DNA from: Candidatus Zymogenaceae bacterium
GTDB taxonomy: Bacteria > Desulfobacterota > Zymogenia > Zymogenales > Zymogenaceae
Direction: 5' to 3'
Assembly (NCBI GenBank): GCA_016931225.1
Contig: JAFGFE010000040.1
Span: forward strand, 67,149 to 131,148
DNA length: 64,000 nucleotides
Part shown: positions 1 through 9,463 of the stretch, one piece after another
Numbering within the stretch: the stretch's first letter is position 1
Layout of the letters: every line of letters begins with the position of its first letter
Program-made: the position numbers and the translations under genes
The notes under the pieces: model-generated
The model's database searches: none
Told to the model about the DNA's origin: nothing
Seen by the model: only the letters and a program-made list of their open reading frames with translations

Positions 1-1
1 T

Positions 2-610
2 GACGACGTAAAGAATGACTTCTATAGCGAAATAAAGACAATCAAACAGCTCCAAAATATCCGAGAAGGAGATTTACCCGGCATCAATGACGTTCCCGTC
101 ATGTTGGAAAGCACAGAACTGGCTCACTCTTCCGAAAAATGCCATTTCAAGAAAACACCGGGGCAACAATCTTCCTTGTATGGAACAATGGTGATTACCA
201 ACAGCAAAGTATATTTTATCGGCACAAAAAAAAGTTTTAAATTTACATTAAAGAGTGTTTTTAATCTCTCGTATGACGGCGAACATATTTTCATAGACCG
301 TCAAGGTACCGGCAGGGGACATTATCGAGTCAAAGAGCCGGAAATCACTTTTGAATTATTATTGTATCTTGTCAGAAAAAACAATTTCCTCGTTGCACAT
401 AAAAATGAACGAGAACGATCACGTCACATACCCCAGGATGTCAAAGTTGCCGTTTACCATCGTGATGGGGGACGATGTGTAATCTGCAATAGTGATGTAG
501 GTCTGGAATTCGACCACATAATCCCATTTTCAAAGGGCGGTGCGAATACCGCGGAAAACATCCAACTCTTATGCCATGTCTGCAATCTGAAGAAGGGCGC
601 TCATTTATAG
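2..610 (+). CDS. HNH endonuclease with an N-terminal PH-like (bPH/GRAM-like) domain. The reading frame is open to the window edge, so the gene is probably 5'-partial.
   Basis: The C-terminal HNH motif is 'VYHRDGGRCVICNSDVGLEFDHIIPFSKGGANTAENIQLLCHVCNLKK'. Frame 2 is open with no stop from position 2 to the first ATG at 101. The gene is about 40% GC, against about 58% for the rest of the window. Confidence 0.7.
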   Translation, partial: DDVKNDFYSEIKTIKQLQNIREGDLPGINDVPVMLESTELAHSSEKCHFKKTPGQQSSLYGTMVITNSKVYFIGTKKSFKFTLKSVFNLSYDGEHIFIDRQGTGRGHYRVKEPEITFELLLYLVRKNNFLVAHKNERERSRHIPQDVKVAVYHRDGGRCVICNSDVGLEFDHIIPFSKGGANTAENIQLLCHVCNLKKGAHL

Positions 611-708
611 CTTAAGAAACTCTATAGTTTACAGATTAGCTCAATAATAACCCGCCGCGCCGCCAACCCCTTCCGGTTCATTGTGAATCGTTTGTACGAC
701 GGGCACCT

Positions 709-1359
709 CTACCAGATCCCCGGCACCAGCCGCTTTTTCTCCACCGCATAGGCTTCATACCCGTCCATCCGATACAGCGTCCGCTCTTCGATGAGTATTC
801 TGAGGATGATGGCCGGCGTCAGAAGAAAGAGGAAAAGGGCGAGTGTCACCAGGTTGAAAAAGAAGACTACAACCCCGATATTCGCGACGATCATCCCCAG
901 ATACGCCGGATGTCTCACGATCCGGTACGGTCCCGATTTCACGATCCGGTGATCCTCCACCTCTCTGACGATATGGGAATAGTATCTCCCCAGTTTCCGT
1001 ATCGCCCACTGGCGAAAGGAAACTCCCGATACAAATATCACCAGACCCAACGCATGCGGGAGGGTCAGCGACTCCGTAATGGGCGCATACAAGAGGGCCG
1101 AAAGAAACAGCACCGCCTGGCCGACGGCATATAAGAGGCACGTGCCGTAATCCCTCGTCCGATCGCCCTGGGTCGTCTCACGCTTCGACACCCCCATTTC
1201 CACCAGTATCCACGCGATATAGAGGATGGAAAAGAAGATATCGGCGTTCAGGGAGGCGACATGGAAGGATATCCCGCCAAGCCTGAGAATGCTTAAAAAC
1301 ACAATAAGTCCGATCAACACGATCGACATGACAAGAGGCATATAGTTCTTCATACTCAT
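709..1359 (-). CDS. Isoprenylcysteine carboxyl methyltransferase / phospholipid methyltransferase family membrane protein.
   Basis: Multi-TM protein carrying 'VKSGPYRIVRHPAYLGMIV', which is typical of the ICMT/PEMT/NnrU-like family. Confidence 0.6.
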   Translation of the reverse strand: MSMKNYMPLVMSIVLIGLIVFLSILRLGGISFHVASLNADIFFSILYIAWILVEMGVSKRETTQGDRTRDYGTCLLYAVGQAVLFLSALLYAPITESLTLPHALGLVIFVSGVSFRQWAIRKLGRYYSHIVREVEDHRIVKSGPYRIVRHPAYLGMIVANIGVVVFFFNLVTLALFLFLLTPAIILRILIEERTLYRMDGYEAYAVEKKRLVPGIW

Positions 1360-1495
1360 CCTTTGAGGGGTGTTTCATTTTAAAATACGGTTTTGCTATT
1401 GACGTATTCGAACGGATGCGTCAGTATAACCGGCTGAACATAAAACATCTTTCACTTCCGATGGACTTCATGATGACTCCGGCTCTGATCCCCGC

Positions 1496-4400
1496 TCAGG
1501 ACTTCCAAACGGAGTCCGTCGTGCCGCCTCGATCGAGGGATTCCCGCACCTTGGAGAGGAGTTTTTCGGCCAAGAAGGGCTTCCCGACAAACTCGACGCC
1601 GTCGTACTCCAGAAGCTTCATGTGCTGATCGCGATCACTGTACCCGCTGGCAAGCAGCACCCTGACACCCGGAGACAACTCCCTGATCTTATCCATGACC
1701 TCGTCCCCCTTCATCTCGGGCATGATGATATCCAGTATGACAAGATCGATGTCGATGTCCTCTCTCGTGAACAGTTCCAGGCCCTCCCGACCCGACGAAG
1801 CGGTATATACCTGATATCCCGCATCCTCCAGGATATTCTTAAGCAGCTTCAAGATTTTTTCTTCATCGTCGATTACCAATACTCTCTCTTTGCCCGTAAT
1901 CTTCGTCAATTCGGCTTTCTTTTTAAATTCCAGTTTGGCGTCCTCCGACACCGGCAGGTACACGTGTATCTCGGTACCCTCGCCCTCCGTGCTTGCGACG
2001 GTAATCTGTCCGCCGTGACCGGTCACGATGCCGTATACGACGCTCATACCCAGGCCGGTGCCCCCGACTTCCTTCCTCGTGCTGAAATAGGGTTCGAAAA
2101 TACGGCCCTTTGTGTATTCATCCATACCCTTCCCGGTATCCCGGACCATGATGTGGGCGTAGGTGTCCGGCTCCAGGTCCGCCGTTCCCGGGCGTTTCGA
2201 AGTAATCTCGACCTGTTCGGTTGTAATGGTCAGCTTCCCTCCTTCGGGCATGGCGTCCCGGGCATTGATCACCAGGTTCATAATCAACTGGCTGATCTGT
2301 GATTCATCCGCCTGTATGGGATTCAGGTCGTTGTCCGTCTTGAGCTCGATTTCAATGGATTTGTCGAAGGTCTTTGTGATCAGGTTGTACACCTCGATAA
2401 CCAACATGTTTATACTGACCACCCTCTTTTCGAGTCTCCCCTTTCTAGAAAACGCCAGCAGTTGACCCGTCAGGTCCGCCGCACGATACGACGACTCCTC
2501 GATCACCTCCAGGCCGTCGTAGAGGTCTCCGTCGGAAGTCACCTTGCTCTTGAGGAGTGATGCGTATCCGAGAATCGTGGTGAGGATGTTATTAAAGTCA
2601 TGGGCGATGCCTCCGGCCAGGGTGCCGATGGCCTCCAATTTCTGGGCATGCAGAAGCCGTTCTTCAAGCTTTTTTCGGTCACTGATGTCCTTTATAATGT
2701 TTTGATATGCGTACACATTTGCCATGTCGTCTTTCATAATCCGGGAGGTTATCAGACAATCTATCGGCGTCCCATCTTTTTTCTTCATGACCACATCGAA
2801 GTCCTTCAGCGTCTCCTTCGCATGAATCAGCTCCTGAAATCTCTTTCTGTCCTCCGGATTATAGTACAGCTCACTCAGGTCAAGGTTGAGCAGCTCCTCC
2901 CGGGTATATCCGAAAACCTCCTCACCGGCCGGATTGATATCAATAAATTTTCCGTTCACCGTCGTAATGGAAATAACGTCCATGGACGTCTCAAACAGAG
3001 AGCGGAACTTGCTTTCGCTTTCCAGCAGTGCCTGTTCCGCGATCTTTTCCTGGGTGATGTCGGGAAAGATGACCAATCCCGCCACGATTGCGCCCTTTCC
3101 ATCATAGATGGGCACGCCGTGAACCATTCCCCAGCGCTCGGTACCGTCCTTTCTAACCACCCGGATCTCCTCACCCGGAGTTGTGATCCCATTCAACGCC
3201 CGGGCCAGATGAAGCTCCGCAACCGGTATAACATTTCCCTGTTCATCATAGTCCGTCCAGGACCGGGCGAGATTGAAGATGTTTACGCCCGGCATGATGT
3301 CCGGCACATCATCCACTTTCAGAATTTTTCGGCATGCGTCGTTTGTGGCAAAGAGGGTGCCGTCTGTCTCGGCTATCATTATGGGAACCGGAGACTGATC
3401 GATGACCGAGCGAAGGAGCGTCTGCGCCCTGAGGAGATCTGCCTCCGCCTGTTTTCGCTCCGTAATATCAAGGGCCGTAAACGTCACGCCGCTCTCAATG
3501 TCACCGGGATCAAAAGGAGACGAGGTCAGCAGGACATCGATTGCCGTGCCGTCTTTCTTCACCAATCGGGTCTCCACCGATCCCTTGCCGAAGTTCGCTA
3601 TCTGATCGTATTTTTCCTTCCCAACATAATTAAATTCTTCATCGCTTTCATACACCATTCGGGCATTCCGCCCCAGAAGTTCCTCGGACGTGTACCCCAG
3701 CATATCGCAGAATTGCTCGTTGACCCATTGAATCACCCGATCCTTCACCAGTCCGATACCGACGGGAGAAACCTGGAGAATGCTCCTGAGCGTCGTCTCG
3801 CTTTTGGCGAGCTTTTCCTCCGCTTTTTTTCGATCGGTGATGTCCCGCGTCACCGACAGGACCCGTTCCCGCCCACCGATCATCGCCTTTTTGAGATCCA
3901 CCTCGACCCAGAGCGGATCCCCGGATTGGGTTTTGCCCCTCCATTCAAAGTGTTGCGGCCCCTCATCCCGCGCCCGGTGAATCCATTCCAGCGCCTCTTT
4001 GTCTGAATATGGATAATTGCCCGGGCTGAATCCACCCACACTCATTTGCAGGACTTCTTCCCGGGTAAATCCGATGAGATCGCATGTTGCGCGGTTCACA
4101 TCAAATATTTCCCCGGTATCGGCGTCATGGATGAACATGGCGTCGTTACCCGCGTTGAATATCTCCCGGTAGTTCCGTTCCGACGCACGAAGCTCCTCAT
4201 CGGCCAGCACTCTTTCGGTAATGTCGTTCCCGAACCAGACAACCCGAGAGATCTCTCCTTCCTCTTTGAGTGGATAGATATGATTGTGTATCCAGCGAAT
4301 CCCGCCGTCACGCCGCACAATGCGATATTCCAATTCAAATTCTTCGTCGATGTGTTCCACAAATATCCGGCCGACCCGCTCACGATCTTCCTCGTGAATC

Positions 4401-5320
4401 ATCTCAAACCAAATCGTGACGTCATTATACAACTCCTCCGCCGAAACACCGTATATGTGCTCAAATGCATCGCTGATATATAAGATCTTCTGAATCGGGG
4501 AAGAATACATCCCGAAAATCACCGGAATGACCCTGGCCATTGTATGGAAGCGTTCCTCGCTTTTATGAAGTTCCCGCTCGGCAAGCCGCATATCGGTAAT
4601 GTCCCGGGCAACGGCGAAGATGAGCTGTTCGTCGGGCAACGGATAGGAATTCCATGAAATCCACCGCCATCCACCGTCCTTTACGGTATACCGGTTCTGA
4701 AAGTCTTTGATAACATCACCTTTTTGAAGGGCCTGACCGACGCGAATCGTTTTGTCCTGGTCATCCGGATAAACAAAGGAAAGCCAGGGTCTGGACAGCA
4801 ATTCCTCTTCGGTCCATCCCAACTGCCGGGAAAAGGCGGGATTCACCTGTTTGAAATACCCGTCGAAACCGGCGATGCAGAGCATATCCACTGAATGATT
4901 AAAAAGAAGCTCCCGCTCTTTTTCCACCCTTCGTTTCTCGGTAATGTCCTCTCCGGAGCTGAGGGTGCCGATAACGGCGCCGAAGGAATCTCTGAGTATC
5001 TTGTTGTGCCAGGATATGAGACGCTGTTCACCGTTTTTGGTGACCACCATGCTTTCGAATTGCTTCTTGAAATCCGACGATCCCGAGACGATCTCCTCAA
5101 AAACAGTTCGGACTTCGTTCCTTTCCCGGTCCGTCAGGCAGGTTGTAAACCAGTCCCTTCCAATGAGGTCCTCCTGGTCCCACTCCAGGATGTATGCCCC
5201 CTTGCGGTTTATCAGGACCACCTTCCCGTCCCTGTCCAGAACCACGATCATCACCTCGGCAATATCAAGGTACTGCTTGGCCATTCCCGGTTCAAGGAGG
5301 ATGCTGATTTCTTTGTTCAT
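1496..5320 (-). CDS. Multi-PAS hybrid sensor histidine kinase with HisKA, HATPase_c and a C-terminal receiver domain.
   Basis: Several PAS/PAC-like segments; H-box 'HDFNNILTTILGYASLL'; G-box 'GTGLGMSVVYGIV'; receiver 'VLVIDDEEKILKLLKNILEDAGYQV...DLVILDIIMPEMKGDEV'. Confidence 0.9.
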   Translation of the reverse strand: MNKEISILLEPGMAKQYLDIAEVMIVVLDRDGKVVLINRKGAYILEWDQEDLIGRDWFTTCLTDRERNEVRTVFEEIVSGSSDFKKQFESMVVTKNGEQRLISWHNKILRDSFGAVIGTLSSGEDITEKRRVEKERELLFNHSVDMLCIAGFDGYFKQVNPAFSRQLGWTEEELLSRPWLSFVYPDDQDKTIRVGQALQKGDVIKDFQNRYTVKDGGWRWISWNSYPLPDEQLIFAVARDITDMRLAERELHKSEERFHTMARVIPVIFGMYSSPIQKILYISDAFEHIYGVSAEELYNDVTIWFEMIHEEDRERVGRIFVEHIDEEFELEYRIVRRDGGIRWIHNHIYPLKEEGEISRVVWFGNDITERVLADEELRASERNYREIFNAGNDAMFIHDADTGEIFDVNRATCDLIGFTREEVLQMSVGGFSPGNYPYSDKEALEWIHRARDEGPQHFEWRGKTQSGDPLWVEVDLKKAMIGGRERVLSVTRDITDRKKAEEKLAKSETTLRSILQVSPVGIGLVKDRVIQWVNEQFCDMLGYTSEELLGRNARMVYESDEEFNYVGKEKYDQIANFGKGSVETRLVKKDGTAIDVLLTSSPFDPGDIESGVTFTALDITERKQAEADLLRAQTLLRSVIDQSPVPIMIAETDGTLFATNDACRKILKVDDVPDIMPGVNIFNLARSWTDYDEQGNVIPVAELHLARALNGITTPGEEIRVVRKDGTERWGMVHGVPIYDGKGAIVAGLVIFPDITQEKIAEQALLESESKFRSLFETSMDVISITTVNGKFIDINPAGEEVFGYTREELLNLDLSELYYNPEDRKRFQELIHAKETLKDFDVVMKKKDGTPIDCLITSRIMKDDMANVYAYQNIIKDISDRKKLEERLLHAQKLEAIGTLAGGIAHDFNNILTTILGYASLLKSKVTSDGDLYDGLEVIEESSYRAADLTGQLLAFSRKGRLEKRVVSINMLVIEVYNLITKTFDKSIEIELKTDNDLNPIQADESQISQLIMNLVINARDAMPEGGKLTITTEQVEITSKRPGTADLEPDTYAHIMVRDTGKGMDEYTKGRIFEPYFSTRKEVGGTGLGMSVVYGIVTGHGGQITVASTEGEGTEIHVYLPVSEDAKLEFKKKAELTKITGKERVLVIDDEEKILKLLKNILEDAGYQVYTASSGREGLELFTREDIDIDLVILDIIMPEMKGDEVMDKIRELSPGVRVLLASGYSDRDQHMKLLEYDGVEFVGKPFLAEKLLSKVRESLDRGGTTDSVWKS

Positions 5321-5780
5321 AATATTCTTATTGATTCATTATCATACAATATAATATTTACAGGGGCATCAGTTGGAATTTGGAAAACTTACCTTCACAC
5401 GGAATATGTCATAACATTAATTATACGAATTTTCACACGATTTTTCCACTCTTTGTCATAGTTCTCAGGAAATCTCTCCAATGACCTAAAACAGTGTGCG
5501 TACCACCCCTTCGGCTCCTCCCCACCTACAACCACCGAATGAGGACGTACCAGAGAAGTTTTCCTTTCTGAGGGTACCCCGCACAGACTACACGGAGAAG
5601 ATGTTTGTTTAGGATGATAACAAAACGGCTTTATCGCGGCGAATGCTCGATTGCATACTATGCACGGAGATAATCCGACCAACGTGATGGGTATTCACGT
5701 ATGGCATGACCGTACAGGCATCGGAATATACGCCTCTCCGCACCGCACACCGGGAAACCGAAAGGAAATAACCGGCCGTA

Positions 5781-7142
5781 TTAAAAAAACCAGTCCCCTT
5801 CGGCGTGGGAAAGGGAGGGGTTGTCTCCGTCGGACAGCCAGAAGGTGCTCACTCCGGACGTACCGGCAGAGCTGCTCCAGGAGATCGTGGTGATAATTGT
5901 ATCCTCCGTCTGATCAATACTCACAAATGACCAGGTAATCCTCAAAAAATCGGCGGTTTCAAAGTATTCCCGCACCATATCTATAAGACCATACCGACTG
6001 CCGCCGATGCCGCTGTAGGAAAAATCGATCAGACCCGAAAGAGCCGTCGTATCACCCTCCTCCACGGCGTCTATGAAGTCCTCCAGAAACGATCGGGCGA
6101 TCCTCGAGACGTCTCTCCTTTCAATCGGAGGCCCCGGCTCCCCTTCGAAGGAAGAGTTCGGGCGCTTTTCGCTCCCCCGAAAGGTCTCGGTGCCCTCTCT
6201 CTCCCCCCCGGTGGGGATATCGGGCATATCTCCCGGAGATCCCAGGGCGATCGGCCCAGGCGAGAAGGATTCCCCGCCCTCGAACACCAGTTCCGCGGTC
6301 CAGGATCCCTCCTCGCCTTCGACGGGAATCGTCCCCCCTTCACCTGTGAAAATCGAAACGCCGCTTCCGGCGGTCCTTCCGGAAAGAATAACCCGACCAT
6401 CATCCCCAATGACGATCCGATCGATAACCGCATCGATCGACGCATCCATCGGGCGCACGGCGACCGTCAGCACAATCGAATCTTCCCCTGAATCCGGGGA
6501 CGCCTCCCGGGAGAACGATACGTTCCCCGCGGTGTCCGCCCCAAACGTCATCTCGATGGTACCGGGATGCTCCACCGACACCGTCATGATCCCGTCCCCT
6601 CCGCTCCAATCGACGCCGACGGCTTCGGTCTCCGGGACGTACTCCACCGCCGCGGAGAAGGCGCGCCCGTCGCCTTTAGATGCGAGGCGGAGGCCGGGCG
6701 CCGCGAGGGTGATCTCGCTTTCGTACCGGTCGGATGCGGGAGCGGTTATGTCCACCCTCCCCTGGGTAAGAATCACCGCCGTCACCGCCGTTTCCTCCCC
6801 GTCCCGGGTCACCACAGAAAGCTCCTCTATCTCCACCCCGCTCATGGGAGACAGAGTGATGAGGGTGTCGTCCTTGCACTTCAGGGAAACCTCACCGTCC
6901 GGCCCGGTGAATACGCGGTCGGCGTCCCGCACCCTCTCCATGCGAAAGAGCTCTCTCCAGATATTCTCTCCAGCATAGTTCACCTTGACAGAGCCGGAAA
7001 GCTCCACGGCTCGGGCCGGAACGGACCGGGATTCCTCTCCCAAGGAGGAAAAACCGGCGACGAAACACACCATAACAAAAAGCGCCGCCCCCACGGTCGT
7101 CTTTAAAAATCTCCGCGTCGTTATGATACGTATCATGTTCAA
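5781..7142 (-). CDS. FecR-domain signal-anchored periplasmic protein, cassette A. It has no cytoplasmic anti-sigma domain and carries a C-terminal conserved domain ending in GDWFF.
   Basis: N-terminal 'MNMIRIITTRRFLKTTVGAALFVMVCFVAGFSS' is a signal anchor. A FecR-like segment follows: 'LSGSVKVNYAGENIWRELFRMERVRDADRVFTGPDGEVSLKCKDDTLITL'. The C-terminal domain matches the paralogue at 9464..10747. The gene overlaps the upstream beta-barrel gene by 4 bp. Confidence 0.7.
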   Translation of the reverse strand: MNMIRIITTRRFLKTTVGAALFVMVCFVAGFSSLGEESRSVPARAVELSGSVKVNYAGENIWRELFRMERVRDADRVFTGPDGEVSLKCKDDTLITLSPMSGVEIEELSVVTRDGEETAVTAVILTQGRVDITAPASDRYESEITLAAPGLRLASKGDGRAFSAAVEYVPETEAVGVDWSGGDGIMTVSVEHPGTIEMTFGADTAGNVSFSREASPDSGEDSIVLTVAVRPMDASIDAVIDRIVIGDDGRVILSGRTAGSGVSIFTGEGGTIPVEGEEGSWTAELVFEGGESFSPGPIALGSPGDMPDIPTGGEREGTETFRGSEKRPNSSFEGEPGPPIERRDVSRIARSFLEDFIDAVEEGDTTALSGLIDFSYSGIGGSRYGLIDMVREYFETADFLRITWSFVSIDQTEDTIITTISWSSSAGTSGVSTFWLSDGDNPSLSHAEGDWFF

Positions 7143-8794
7143 AACTCCATATTAATTGACATTCTCCCGATCCTCTCACCGTATCGATCCGAGCCGTCGC
7201 TGGCCCGATCGTGGGTCGCCTCGTATTCCAGGGCGATCCATGCCGTCAGACCGTCTTTCTTTACCAGCACCTGGCTAAGCATCAGGAACAGCTCCCCCCG
7301 CCGGACGTTCGCCCGCTCCCGGCGATCCTCCACACACCCGGAACAGGTAACCAGGAGCGTTGTGTCGTACGGGGAAAACCTGCGGCAGACCACCTCTCCC
7401 CAAACATCCGCACCCAGCTTAAAATCGGTCGTCGGATACGGGCCTCCCTGAATTTCGTATCCCGCACTCATTGCACACCCGATCCGATAATCAAAACCGA
7501 AGGCCGTGTGGTGATGGCTCCATGAGCATTCCACGGCGTGGTTCTCCCGATCGACGCCGTCGGTGATGTGATTTGAGATGTGTTCATATACATATTCGAT
7601 CCCGTACTCGGTGTGCTCCCGGTCGCAGTCGGCGCCGAGGGTCAGGCGGAAGGTCTCCTCATCGACGCTCTTCGGGTCGTCAGTGGCGCGCGCGTCGAGA
7701 TAGTACACACCCGCCGTGAAAACCGGACCGGGACGCCCGCCGCCTGTACCGATCCGGGGCAGGTATTCCACCACCCATTCTGTTTCGATATGATGGGTGG
7801 AAAAGGATACCGGGGACGCCCCGGTCAGCCCGTCGCGATAAAAGCGCCAGTACCCCATGCAGCGCCACCGATCATTCGGTCGATAGTCGAAGCCCGCCGC
7901 CGCCGTCTCCCGATCGACGGCGTGCGTGCCCATCACCGCACGAAAACCCGGCTCCACATATTCATAGGCGAAAAGAAGTGAGAGATCGTCTTGAACCGGC
8001 TCCAGGGAGAGGGCCGCCCAGACGGCCGTATCCCTAACCGTCTCCAAGCGGGGGTTTCGCATGTCGTTATGATACAAGCTCATCGCCCCCTCTCCGGCCA
8101 GCACAACCCGATCGTCACAGAAAGAAAACCTCCCATCGATGGAGAAGACATCGTTTCGATACGCGGTTTCCGTTGAATCATAAAAGAGCTTGGTGATCTC
8201 CGCGTGCACGTACGACGCAGCAAGCGTCGCCCAGGGTCCGGGGGCGGCCACCAGCCGTGCTCCACCGAAGGCCCGCTCATACCTGACCAGGCGGCCGTCC
8301 CGATTGACACCCCCCAACAGGATCAGCTCCAGGCCGGAAGGATGAACGTACTTCCCCCGAACGCCGAAGAAGCCGCGATTGAAGGTGTAATTGGTGAACG
8401 ATGCGGCGGTATCCCCCAGCTCCAGGGACCACCCCTCGCCGGAAACGGAGACGGTGCCCGCGAGCAGGCGGACGTGCTCATCGCCGATCATGAGGGTTCT
8501 GTCGTCGGTGTGACGGACATCGATAAACCCGGAAACCTCAATACCGCCGCCCGTGGCATGGGAAAGACTCAGGCTCAGGCGCTCGGCATACAGGACGTTC
8601 CACTTCCGGTCGTCGTCCACATCGATTGAGGTGACCGCACGATTTCCGTACATCCGCTGGGCGTACATCTCCGCACGATATACGGCGTCTATCCCCCCGC
8701 CGTCCCAGTCCACGGCGTACGCGTGCCCGGAGGCGACAACAAGGAACACCCCCAACATCACGATGTAAATATATATAGTATACGATCGGCTCAT
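7139..8794 (-). CDS. Outer-membrane beta-barrel protein of an uncharacterized family, cassette A.
   Basis: Signal peptide ending in 'SGHAYA', then 'VDWDGGGID'. The C-terminal residue is aromatic ('MSINMEF'). Composition is beta-strand-rich. It is about 60% identical to the paralogue at 11858..13540. Confidence 0.65.
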   Translation of the reverse strand: MSRSYTIYIYIVMLGVFLVVASGHAYAVDWDGGGIDAVYRAEMYAQRMYGNRAVTSIDVDDDRKWNVLYAERLSLSLSHATGGGIEVSGFIDVRHTDDRTLMIGDEHVRLLAGTVSVSGEGWSLELGDTAASFTNYTFNRGFFGVRGKYVHPSGLELILLGGVNRDGRLVRYERAFGGARLVAAPGPWATLAASYVHAEITKLFYDSTETAYRNDVFSIDGRFSFCDDRVVLAGEGAMSLYHNDMRNPRLETVRDTAVWAALSLEPVQDDLSLLFAYEYVEPGFRAVMGTHAVDRETAAAGFDYRPNDRWRCMGYWRFYRDGLTGASPVSFSTHHIETEWVVEYLPRIGTGGGRPGPVFTAGVYYLDARATDDPKSVDEETFRLTLGADCDREHTEYGIEYVYEHISNHITDGVDRENHAVECSWSHHHTAFGFDYRIGCAMSAGYEIQGGPYPTTDFKLGADVWGEVVCRRFSPYDTTLLVTCSGCVEDRRERANVRRGELFLMLSQVLVKKDGLTAWIALEYEATHDRASDGSDRYGERIGRMSINMEF

Positions 8795-9246
8795 TGTCCC
8801 ACTGCATCACCCATGAGAGCAGGGCTTCATTATGGAGAGAAGGAGCCGATCTTGTCAACCGGAAAGTGGGCGGTCGCGATCGATGGAAACGACGGCCTCG
8901 CCTTACCTCTCCCGGACGATTGAGCGGTCGGATTATGGTTTTATACAGTTTTTAATTTGTCTCCGATTCATGCGGGAGACCGCCGGGTGATCCACGATGC
9001 GGAATAACTTCGAGGTGAAGATCGATGAGGACGCCGTTGGAGACATTTTGGTACCCCGGGTGGAGTTCCAGGACTCAGGCGATACACTCGCGGTGGGGGA
9101 AAACCCGGAGGACCGAACCGTTTTCCTCTTTGCGTGATGAAAAAGACCTGGGGAGCCAAACCGTCCCCCGAATCGCTTCATAAAAAAGATCCGGACGCTG
9201 AACCATCCCCCGGATCACGAGACGCGATATCGGAAGCGAATGCTAT

Positions 9247-9460
9247 AAATAGATGGAGTGCGCCGCCATCTTCGTCATGCCCGGCAGTGTCTCGATAGAC
9301 ACATCCTCACATGCGGCATAGGCGGGGACTCTCGCCGCCCTGACCACGCCGAACCCGGCCACGTCGATCGTGTTGTCGAAGCGAACCGACACGGAACCGC
9401 CAAGGTTAGAGGTTAGTGACGCCGCCTCAAGAGATCACACCGAGACGGAAACCACACGCC
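9247..9460 (-). pseudogene. Relic of the 3' end (about 70 codons) of an M20 peptidase gene. It is a paralogous copy of the C-terminus of the CDS at 13802..15064.
   Basis: Minus-strand translation gives 'TSNLGGSVSVRFDNTIDVAGFGVVRAARVPAYAACEDVSIETLPGMTKMAAHSIYL*'. The intact gene ends with 'ISGSTDLGFVSAHFDHKIDVAGFGVIRAANILAHAADEHVYIEDLLSMTKILVHYICF*'. There is an internal stop and no start codon, and the fragment abuts the stop of the CDS at 9464. Confidence 0.7.
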
Positions 9461-9463
9461 GCA

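Noticed and set aside
2600-4006. A 468-aa ORF on the plus strand.
   Set aside because: It lies entirely antisense inside the well-supported 1274-aa histidine kinase gene. It has no RBS or motif and is a typical high-GC antisense artefact. The same applies to 6073..6978, 12296..13093, 17185..18063, 23933..24628, 27204..28328, 33210..34331, 37546..38553 and 50153..50842.
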